Below, piece after piece: positions 53,546 through 64,000 of a stretch of DNA of 64,000 bases (positions are counted from its first letter, which is position 1; every line of letters begins with the position of its first letter). Origin of the DNA: Octopus vulgaris (lineage: Eukaryota); the NCBI GenBank assembly GCA_951406725.2, contig OX597827.1, positions 50,282,001 through 50,346,000 of the forward strand. The letters run 5' to 3'. The notes under the pieces are model-generated. The model saw only the letters and a list, made by a program, of their open reading frames with translations, did not search any database and was not told the origin of the DNA. The translations under genes and the position numbers were made by a program.

Positions 53546-53635
53546 GGTGCCCCAGCATGGCCACAGCTCATGAACTGAAACTGGAAAAATCAAAAATCAA
53601 AATCATATATATATATATATATATATATAGAATAT

Positions 53636-53800
53636 AAAGAAGGTTTGAAAATGCAATTTAAAAGATGTTTATTTACTTAACCGGTTTCACTCTTTGGAAA
53701 AAGATTGTCAAAAGTAACATACTTTTGACAATCTTTTTCCAAAGAGTGAAACCGGTTAAGTAAATAAACATCTTTTAAATTGCATTTTCAAACCTTCTTT
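53636..53800. repeat. Perfect 81-bp palindrome (3-nt spacer) containing a degenerate hammerhead in each arm
   Basis: Arms 53636-53716 and 53720-53800; tactt-TTGACAA-tcttt ttcc aaaga-gt-GAAAC-cg-GTT-aagta. Confidence 0.9.
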
Positions 53801-53843
53801 CGTATATAATTCCACTCGTGCGATACCCCACAACTCAACTTTG

Positions 53844-53897
<54 letters not shown>

Positions 53898-53920
53898 ATA
53901 ATAATTATAAACTATTTTTA

Positions 53921-54108
53921 TAAGCTTATAAGAGTTCATTCATGCACTGGCTATAGAAAATGGGCTGACATTGGGTATGTAAGCACTCGACGGAATAAAA
54001 TGGCTATTAGTACGCGTACTAATACTACATTTTTTCGGTCGAGGGCTTATATGCACTAATATTACACTATGTTCTACACCCAATACACGGTGAACGCTTA
54101 TAAGCTTA
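53921..54108. mobile_element. MITE-like palindromic element
   Basis: TIRs taagcttataagagttca / tgaacgcttataagctta; central palindrome tattagtacgcgtactaata. Confidence 0.7.
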
Positions 54109-54206
54109 CAGCATATAAATATTTTGTTTCTGTATTTGGTTTGCAAGATTCTTTATGTGAATTCGTGTACTGAAGTATATTTTATTGTCGGGTGAGAGTC
54201 ATGCTC

Positions 54207-54350
54207 TTTTAGTGCGTTATTAATTTAACAAACTCAGTGGTCCGATTTCCACTCATTTACTTATTTATTTATTTTATATTATTTTAAAATAGATAAGTAA
54301 ATTATTGAAATTCGAGCCGGTGAGTGTGTTAAATTAATAAGGCACTAAAA
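54207..54350. repeat. Imperfect ~64-bp inverted repeat
   Basis: ttttagtgcgttattaatttaaca... / ...tgttaaattaataaggcactaaaa. Confidence 0.75.
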
Positions 54351-54419
54351 GCGAATGCCACAATAACTTATAATTATTTATATAACATCCACTCGTCACC
54401 ATTTCTTCATCTAACGTAG

Positions 54420-54458
<39 letters not shown>

Positions 54459-54464
<6 letters not shown>

Positions 54465-54707
54465 ATCACGTGACCGACCAGACATCAGATGTTGTTACAC
54501 ATCGCTGGTCCCACTGTTTTAGCCTTCGAATGACGCCACCCCGCTGGCTAAGTGAGCAGTGGTGAAAGAGTACAGCAGGGATCACCACCCCCTGCTGGAG
54601 CCTCGTGGAGCTATTTAGGTGTTTTCGCTCAATAAACACTCACAACGCCCGGTCTGGGAATCGAAACCGCGAGTCCGCTGCCCTAACCACTGGGCCATTG
54701 CGCCTCC
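54459..54707 (-). mobile_element. SINE with family 3 head and a different tail
   Basis: Head equals 14415; tail cacgtgatcacgtgaccgaccag. Confidence 0.75.
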
Positions 54708-54709
54708 AC

Positions 54710-54830
<121 letters not shown>

Positions 54831-54896
54831 TAGATAGATAGATAGATAGATAAAGATATAGATATAGATATAGATATAGATATATATACATATATG

Positions 54897-55250
54897 AATT
54901 AGAAGCAGCAAAGTCGAACATGCACGAGGATTGTGTATTGTTAGTTTGTCGGGCGGATGCGTTTTTAGGCGTAAGAGAATATGTTCTCAATGCCTGTGGC
55001 CTAGCCATTTAGACAGCTCACAGCAGACCCTCTTCAATATGTAGCATTGAGATGTCAAAACAATGACGGTACAACGATGTCTGTCGCTCCGAAGAAAAAG
55101 TATTTGATGTGGGTTATCTCACTTGGTTATGACTTGCTTTCAGGTGTTTTTGCTCCAAGTGCATTGAGAATATTTTCCCTTACGCCTAAAAATCGCAACT
55201 GCCCGACAAACTAACAACACACGCACACCTCGTCTTTTCGTGTTCTAATT
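54897..55250. mobile_element. MITE-like element with ~90-bp TIRs
   Basis: ttgttagtttgtcgggc...tttttaggcgtaag / cttacgcctaaaaat...gcccgacaaactaacaa. Confidence 0.75.
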
Positions 55251-55269
55251 TGTTTATATTTATACATAT

Positions 55270-55605
55270 GCAAATTGTTATCATTTCAAATATGTTTCAG
55301 GCATATTCGAACCCATAATAAAGCCACTAACTCTATCTTGTCACGGAGAAAATTACTTACGGTAGACTGATGGGTGTAGATACATCGAGTCAGTTCACAC
55401 CACTTCCTAACCAGACTGTTGGATGTATGCATTTCGCAGAGGAAATCCATGCATCCAGCTGTCTGGTTAGGGTTCACCAAGAACTGACTCGGTGTATTTA
55501 CACCTATTTATCGGCTGCGAGAAATTTTCTCCCTGACAAAGTACATGAATAGCTTTCTCACGGGTTTGAATATGCCTCAAGCATATTTGAGTTGGTAACA
55601 AGTCT
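55270..55605. mobile_element. MITE-like ~330-bp full-length imperfect palindrome
   Basis: cctaaccagac/gtctggttagg, gagtcagttc/gaactgactc, caaatatg/catatttg symmetric about ~55438. Confidence 0.8.
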
Positions 55606-55952
55606 GTACTTATACACATCACTACTTAGCGCTAGGACCCTGTATATATATATTAATGTTTTTTTTTTTAGTTCAGTTATAATACAAGTCATTTTATGTT
55701 AATCTAGAGGGTTACTCTATACTTTTGTAGAATGCAAATTCATTTTTCTTATACAAGGCTAGTGATGGGAACGATGATTTCCCTTCGCAAATACTGGTCG
55801 GGCACAGTGTCGTTAGCCAGCTAGAGAAGATGTCTTCCTGGGGCTATAAACTACAGTAGCATCGTCCCATATGGGTCAGCCACATTTAAGTGGCAAATAT
55901 ACTTTACGATATATATATATATGTAGTTGTGCACCCGTATGGGTGTGTGTGT

Positions 55953-56000
<48 letters not shown>

Positions 56001-56122
56001 ATGTGTGTGTGTGTGTGTGCATCATCCTCTCCGACTCTACTCTTTGAAACTTCTTTGGTTGAAGCTTTCACGTTGAATTTTGATGTGAAAGAAACAAGAA
56101 CAGTCTTGCAACATCATTTTTG

Positions 56123-56154
<32 letters not shown>

Positions 56155-57148
56155 TGTATGTATGTATGAGTGAGAGTGTGTATACGTGACTATATAGTTT
56201 TTATTTATATATATTCATATAGAACTCTCTCTCCTCTGTCTGTCTGTTTCTCTCTTTCTCTCTCTCTTTTCACTCTCTCTACCTAAAGTAGTCATTGACT
56301 TCAAAATTATAGATTATAACCATGCATTACACATGAAATGATAGCAATGTTTGTTTATAACTTAACTGATAGAACCTCTTAATCTAGAAGTGCATATATT
56401 CTTCCTCTATAGTTATAATGAACAGCTTCAACATATAATAATCCTAAAATGATGCGGAGGTATGGAGGAAATGTTAAAATAATGATTATCCATTGATGTT
56501 CTTCCAAATATCTGTTTTATGTTTGTTGTTATAAACATCGATTATTTAATTTTTCTTTTCCTTTTTTCTTTTTTTTTTTTTTTTGTTTCTTGGCATCGTT
56601 ATTTTCAATTTCACCGAAAGAGATTTTGATTTTCTGAAATTGTTCTTGAAATGTAACTGTCTTTTCAAGATTATTCTTGACGATTATGAGGTGTATTGTT
56701 AGCTGATGTTGCATCTATATTGCAACATATTTGCACCACTGAATCACTTAGACATTGCTTCCGTTTACTAAAATCGATTTATTTTTGCTTGAATATGTGC
56801 TAACTGGAAACTTTTTAAGTTTGCATTAAATCCTTGTCATAAAATATGAACATTCATGTCAGCAGCATAGTATACTGTAACTACCCTAGCTGTCTGTCAG
56901 AATAGAAGAAAGTTCGAACAATTATGAGCCACAAATCATTCATCATATTAGAAAATAGAAAATAATGAAATGACTTGTCATTTTACATACGCGCGCGCGC
57001 ACACACACTGACAACCGTAAAAATATAAATATTGTAAAAAAAATATGCATTTTTTATTATCTTAACGAATAAGTTTGATGTAGCACTTATGATAGAGTTT
57101 CGTTGTAGGAATGTGTTACTAAAGCTCGGTACAAACTCTATATTTGTA

Positions 57149-57467
57149 AAGGCGGTGAGCTTGCAGAAACGTTAGCGCGCCGGGCGAAATGAGTAGCCGT
57201 ATTTCGTCTGCCGTTATGTTCTGAGTTCAAATTCCGCCGAGGTCGACTTTGCCCTTCATCCTTTCGGGGTTGATTAAATAAGTACCAGTTACGCACTGGG
57301 GTCGATTTCATCCGTTTGTCTGTCCTTGTTTTGTCCTCTCTGTGTTTAGCCCCTTGTGGGTAGTAAAAAAATAGGTATTTCGTCTGCCGTTACATTCTGA
57401 GTTCAAATTCCGCCGAGGTCGACTTTGCCTTTCATCCTTTCGAGGTCGATGATTAAAAAAGTACCAG
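57149..57467 (+). mobile_element. SINE family 2 plus a partial tandem copy
   Basis: aaggcggtgagcttgcagaaacgttagc...ccccttgtgggtagtaaa; core repeated at 57374-57467. Confidence 0.9.
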
Positions 57468-57479
57468 ACATCAGTCTTC

Positions 57480-57690
57480 CAAGCGGCGTCATCGTATTAT
57501 GTCGTGCTGCCACGCGGTGCGTCTTTGTTTTGCAATGCTTCTCCCCTGTTCGTTGATTTTTGCGATGGTAGAAACGCAGGAACAGCGTGTCTCCGTGAAA
57601 TTCTGTTTTCTGATGGGAAAAAAAATGGCAGCCGAAACGGCTGTCATTCTTCAAACAGCTTACAAGCATGCTGCCATGAACAAAACACAA
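57480..57690 (+). mobile_element. mariner transposase N-terminal fragment
   Basis: EQRVSVKFCFLMGKK.AAET..ILQTAYK.AAM.KTQ HTH motif. Confidence 0.75.
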
Positions 57691-58362
57691 CAAAAGGTAC
57701 ACGAAGAAAGCACAAGAGAATGAAAGCACGGTATCAGCACAAACTAAGTCTCCATTGCATTCACATTTATGTACTCATAGGTCACCAAGAGAACTACGTT
57801 TCACCAAACATTACTTTTCTTCTACGCACCTAACAAGCATAACAATATGGCAAGCAATCTTCAACTGTCCTTTCAAAAAGAATAACAGGGACACATCGGT
57901 TAACAGCAACAGTAATTATAGGAAGCACCGTTTTCGACTTCGTCACAATGCCACAGTTCTGCACAAAATATATTCCATACAGAAAAATAAACTATATAAA
58001 ATTTTTTATATATTTCATCGACACCAACAATTATATTTCAGTACAAAATTAAGAATGCGAATCTCTTTTATAGAATTAAACATTGACATTTTCCACGATT
58101 TTCATCTAGCATTAATTCAGAAAGCATTTTCCTGTCTCAAAATTGAACAGCACATATCCGCATGATGTCTCGCAACCTATGTAAAATCATACATTCAGTA
58201 CATAAATATTACAAATGTTATTTGTAAACTAATCGATGATGGCAGCACGCAAGAAATGCAGTCTTTTCAAATACAACATACCCGAGTAACCTATGCACAT
58301 ATTATAATGATGTTCATCGTCTGAATATTATCAGTCTCTGAATCTCTGTATTTAGATGTAAA

Positions 58363-58450
58363 TACTAGGTCTGATCAATAAGTATCCGGACTATTGCCAT
58401 TGTAAAGAAGCTGAAGCACGCTGACTGAAGCTGCTCGGCAAAAATTGACC
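58363..58450 (+). mobile_element. mariner-like terminal fragment
   Basis: tactaggtctgatcaataagtatccggact resembles mariner TIRs. Confidence 0.45.
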
Positions 58451-58464
58451 GCTTTGAAGGGCTC

Positions 58465-58660
58465 AGTGGAACAAATCGAACCCAGTACTTATTCTTTGTA
58501 AGCCTAGTACTTTTTCTATCGGACTCTATTGCCGAACCGCTTTATTTACGGGGACGTAAACACACCAGCATCGGTTGTCAAGCGATGTTGGGGGAGAGAA
58601 ACACAAACACACAAACATATACACATATACACATACATGCATACATACATACATACATAC

Positions 58661-58723
<63 letters not shown>

Positions 58724-58922
58724 ATTCGCTAGCTTCTGCAAGCATTTTTTTTCTCTCCTTGTTTCTCTCCGTGTTTCTTTTCTGTGTATCTTTCTGTTAA
58801 AGAGCGTAGGCTCGAAACGTAAAAGACTTGTTTTATTTATATTCCTGAGCGCCATACTAATACAATTGTTTGTTTGTATTCCACCTGCCTTCGTCTTTTG
58901 TTTATTTTCATAAAGCTTCCCG

Positions 58923-58985
<63 letters not shown>

Positions 58986-59130
58986 TACGACGGGTTTCTT
59001 TCAGTTTCTGTCTACCAAATCCACTCACAAGTCTTTGGTCGACCCGAGGCTATAGAAGAAGACACTTGCCCAAGGTGCCACGCAGTGGGACTGTGACCCA
59101 GAAACAGGTTGGGAAGCAAACTTCTTACCA
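58465..59130 (-). mobile_element. SINE family 1 split by a hammerhead element inserted in its internal (TA)n
   Basis: 3' half 58465-58640, 5' half 58985-59130, insert 58720-58925. Confidence 0.85.
58789..58826 (+). ncRNA. Minimal hammerhead motif, CUGUUAA core
   Basis: tcttt-CTGTTAA-a-gagc gtag gctc-GAAAC-GTA-aaaga. Confidence 0.6.
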
Positions 59131-59769
59131 CATATTCATGAAAAATACCAAAGAGTGGTTTCAGTATACTAAATAGCAATATGAATAAGGTAGGGTCATC
59201 AGTTAAATATGTTGAAATTCATCAATTAAATATGTCTATAAAAGTAAGTAGACAAAAAATCTGAAGGTGCTTAAAATTTAAATGCAATAAGCAAGGAAGA
59301 GAGCTTCTACGGAAGCAATTAACGAGAATATATACAAAATGAAATATGAGTGTGAATCGGGGTAGTGAAAGCCAACAGATGAAAGCAACGGACATATTTC
59401 GATGTTATTAGACATTCTTAGTGATGCATATTCGACGAAGATAAACAAAATGACAGAAGCGAAACGAGGGAATAGAAAGCAAGATGCCAGAAAGATAACT
59501 TACACTGTACTACAACCGTACAAATAGAAAATTTTTAACACACACACACATACAACAAACAAACACACGCATGCACGTACACGCACACACGCACACACAC
59601 ACTCACATACATTAACAAACACATATATATATAGAGAGAGATAGATATTAAAAAATATTTATGAAATGATTTTAGAATATTTTTAAAAGAAGTTTAAAAA
59701 TAGGTACAAAATATGTTTTTCAGCAACCTCACTCGCTAACCTCGACAACCAGCGCCTGTTCTGGCACTT

Positions 59770-59994
59770 TTATTCTACATATCGCTGGCGAGTAGATGAA
59801 TCACTGCTATCTCTAGCGTTCGAGCTTCCATTATTGGCAAGACTATGTAAGGTCGAAATCACGACATCTGGTGGTCTCGGCGCTGGAGGTGGTGGGGATT
59901 TATCTCCCCATTTGTGATATAAACAAAAGGATATTTTGCACCAAAAGCCACTGTAGCAGTTTGTCTCATGGTAACTATCAGAGTATAATTTCTT
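59770..59994 (-). CDS. Probable terminal coding exon of an unidentified host gene
   Basis: Acceptor tttgttctatcAG, then 74 open codons KKLYSDSY...SPPPPAPRPPDVV...QRYVE and a stop; non-repetitive and GC-richer than flanks. Confidence 0.5.
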   Translation of the reverse strand, partial: KKLYSDSYHETNCYSGFWCKISFCLYHKWGDKSPPPPAPRPPDVVISTLHSLANNGSSNARDSSDSSTRQRYVE

Positions 59995-60104
59995 CTGATA
60001 GAACAAACGCGTTTAAGTGGGGATAAATATTACCTCTCATTATACATATACATATATACATACATACACATATATGTATATGTATGTGTATTTTTGTGTG
60101 TGTA

Positions 60105-60188
<84 letters not shown>

Positions 60189-60379
60189 TAAAAACGGTAA
60201 GATAACAAAAGAAAGCAAGATAACCGAAGAGATGGTTGTGTGGATTTCCACCTCGGCATTTATCTTGGCTACCGAATAATTGTCACATATTATTTTACAG
60301 ATATATATATATATATATAATGTATATATAAAAATTAAAAATTTGTCTAATATAGCAGCATTTTCGAACTTCATTTTTT

Positions 60380-60421
<42 letters not shown>

Positions 60422-60559
60422 AATTGCAGTGTGGAAGATGTTTATACAAACCTCCTCATGCACGTTGTCTGGGGCACGTACACTTGCTCGTACAAACTCA
60501 CACGAAGATATAAGCATACGCTCACGCAGAGAATTAAATAGATATTAATAAAGTCAGTG

Positions 60560-60950
60560 CCTAAAAGTGGCTAGTGATGCGACTCCACTTGGTGAGGAGT
60601 GACAGATTCTGTGGTGGAGTCCACTAGGTCTGGCCGATATATTTATAGCACTTGTAGATTCATGAAAACGTAATCCCATAGGTGTAGGGTGTAAGGTTCA
60701 GAAACGCACCAATTGCTTTACCTGCAACACCAAGGCACATTTCGATAGAGCAATGATGGCGGAACACATGTACTATAAACCCTAACTTTAGTATGGGTAG
60801 ATATACTATGGGGTGATCAGGGATGCTTGTCAAACCTACCAAAGGCACTACTAGCCTTGGGTAGGTTTCAGTATCAAGACCAGTAGTGCTCAGAGTACTT
60901 CCTAAGTAAATACATTTGTTTTCAACTTCTAATCTTTGTCCATATGCAGT
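60560..60950 (-). mobile_element. RTE LINE post-RT fragment
   Basis: [18 protein letters not shown]...LD.E motif. Confidence 0.7.
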
Positions 60951-61000
60951 TACATACAGACATACATGCATGCATACATACACACATGCATAGACAGACA

Positions 61001-61108
<108 letters not shown>

Positions 61109-64000
61109 AAACATTTTTGAAGAGAAAATGCACAATAGAATTTTGTTGTAACCAGCAGACGGTGCATGCTTTGATTCCCATCCTATAATCTTATATTAAT
61201 ACACATTTTCTTTTCGATTGTACTATTTACACATATCTTTCTGTTAAACAGTTCACATAAATTACATTTATATATATATGAATAAAGTGTTATTCATTTG
61301 TATTTATATAAAATCCATACTGTTCTATAAATGTAATCTTTCTTTCCCATTTTGAGGATTTTCCTTTAGGAATTTACTTCGCTGAAATTTTGTAAGTTTT
61401 AGTTATTTTGAAAGTCTATCATTTGCGAGTGTATACAACCGCCTCCGCAAAAAAAAAAAAAAAACGTTTGTTTGTGCTAAGTTTGTTTATTTAAGAATGA
61501 ATTAATCCGTGCATTAGTTACAGGTATGTACTTTTAATGTGATTCTACTGATTTTTTTTTTTTATTTCTCGGAGTGATTTAATATTTTGGATGCATAATG
61601 CAGGATAGAATAAATATTTTGATATTTTTTCTGTATTTAATTTTTAATCCAAGATTAATTGTCAATCTATTTTCCACGAGAATTGTTGTAAAAGCATTAT
61701 CCTCACTTTATAAATTTTGACCCAATGCATAAGGAAATCTATCTCATATTTCCACTATTTTAATACATTTTACAATACTCTGTCATGTTCAGCTATTTTG
61801 CTGACAACTTTCTAAAACATTAGTTATCATATAAGAATATAAAAAAATGTTTTAATATATTGGTATATTGAAGATTGTAGTTGAAATAGCATCTAATTAT
61901 ATCGATTGAACTTTGTTTATCCCTACAGTTACAAATAAGCCTTTTATCGTCATTTTCTCCAGTACACCAAGAATAACCTAGGAATGTAAATTTATTTTTA
62001 GAACAGCTGTAGTGTAGTTTTTATTACTGTAGTAACGAAAGCTGTACACTCAAATGTGGACCACTCACAGTCTGATCTATAGCAGTAGTGCAGGTGATTA
62101 TAACAGTAGCGTAAACATCACAATGACTATATGATCAACATCCCATTTTGATGTGTAAATGTCAAAAGAGTTGACCATCATGTTTCAAGATTATCGCCCG
62201 AACCGGCATTCATCAAAGGTTATTTGCTGTTTACAGGAAAATAGTCTGCAGGGAACCGTGAAATCCTGCCACTGTAGGCTAAAGAAAGTACACTTTATAT
62301 AAAAGCAGATGCTCAACATAAAACACAAGGAAAGGATATATATTGGAGGCTTAAACTGGATAATCACGAAATAAGCTGTCACTCATAATTCGTTTCAAGT
62401 AAGGATTCTTTTTGTTTGAAGATAAACTTTTGACACGGATGTTCATAAATATTATATGAATTTTAATAAACCACTATATGAACTGTAAAGCTACATTAGT
62501 TGTTTTCGTTTTCTCTAAAGATGATAACATTGACCTTTCATGAAACCAATCTCGAAACGCCTACGAGGTCGTAGAACAAAACCTGATAGTTGAACTAAAA
62601 GTGAAAGACTACTTAAAAAACTTAAACATAGATTTTTTTACAGCAAACGCTAATTCTCACATGCTTCATGAATATTAATAAGGTCTCTCAGAAAAAGATA
62701 CATAATTTTGTGCTATATCATTCCCAAACACAAGTGCAACAATTTCATAAGAACGCAATCTCTTTGACTTGCTCCAGAAGAATATGAAATAAAAACATAT
62801 ACGCGTACGAATCTGAGATTTTCATCCAGTCGCTCGACTGGTTAGCACCCCAGTTGCTTTCGCATCGCATCCTATCGAAATAAAATAAAACGTATATTTT
62901 GGCAGCGTAATTCTCGATGTACAAAATATACGGCTCGAACAGCTTTAATTATAATTGTCGACCAGGGTTTACTTTGAGGTTAAAAACAACATCCTATATA
63001 CACAAACATAGCAGAAACAACAGTAGCTTCAGTAGCCCTGATGACTTCTTTAGGGTGCAACATCAAATATAATTACAGCGGAGCGGTAGTTGTCGTGTTA
63101 AGTTCGATCACACTGGCCTCAAATTTGAGTGGCCATTAACAAAACCTATAGGTATAGACAAAAAAGAAAATTTTATTTGTCTAGCCTGTAACACTCTTTC
63201 AAATTAAACTTTCTCAATGTATTCTGCATCGCTCATCACTTTAGGTTGGGCCGAATTGTTTTTGTGTAACTAACTGTTATAGTGAGCAAAATTTAGCAAG
63301 AAAAAGACATTGGAAAAACACCGACGTTTGGGGAATTTTGCTTTGTCACAAGCATTCAAATGCGTTTTGACTGTACATTAAAAATTTATTACTGAACATT
63401 TTCTTTCACTCGTCTAAAATAATGGTAGTTATAAAATGACTCTTTCGATATCAAATTATTACTTTGTATAATTAATTTGTTAGTATGACATTATATGAAT
63501 AGCTCAGATCAATCGTCATCGCCGAAGTTTTTTTTATTACAAACTGTTACACTACCTGCCATAATTCATTGAGCTAAATATGCTATTTCTTTCAAAAGCA
63601 ATTGAAGAACCATTTATGAAGCCATAGAAATTTGTTCCACATTTACATTAAGAACTGACACATATCCAGTTGGTATTTGATATTATAGTGTCATGTGTTC
63701 ACATCTGTTTCTCTGTTAGAGTGTATTAGTAAACAAATTACAGATATCATATCAGTCAACAAGTATCAATAATAGCAGAAACGTACAAGCTCACTTAAAT
63801 GTCAAATGAATCAGTACCGCTTGTAAAATTTAATTAGCCAACATTCTCGTCTCTTATTTGTATGGCTCTGGTATCCTTGTGATATTTTATGCAAATAGTA
63901 TTCTTACTAACGAAAAATGTAGGAGAAATTATGCATCTGTAATTTATTTACTAATGAAAGATGATTTGTATAACTTCCATCTGTGACTGCTTTTGTAATG

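Noticed and set aside
59151-59210. CTGATGA...GAAAC on the minus strand
   Set aside because: Stem II, cleavage triplet and stem I do not form convincingly
61980-62400. Possible upstream exon of the 59770 gene
   Set aside because: Stops in the frames checked after candidate acceptors

Overview
AT-rich, microsatellite-saturated animal genomic DNA. The SINE types and repeat style suggest octopus/coleoid cephalopod (inference). The window is almost entirely a transposon graveyard: tRNA-derived SINEs, R4/Dong-like RLE LINEs nested in (TAA)n, RTE and L1/Tx1 fragments, Gypsy pol, a Helitron Rep-helicase fragment, mariner remnants, MITE-like palindromes and Penelope-like element (PLE) remnants. Most ORF-track entries are microsatellite artefacts; only one probable host exon was seen (59770-59994, minus). 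Four things stand out. (1) About a dozen minimal type I hammerhead-ribozyme motifs sit in short elements next to (TA)n tracts, including a family with a CUGUUGA core. (2) A fold-back element joins a Pol III B-box-like head to a hammerhead tail (candidate PLE-mobilised SINE). (3) A head-to-tail chain of gag(ORF1)-only non-LTR elements shares its 3' tail with a SINE. (4) A ~556-bp non-coding, 5'-truncating retroposon occurs five times, always at (TAA)n. All calls were made by eye and most boundaries are approximate.
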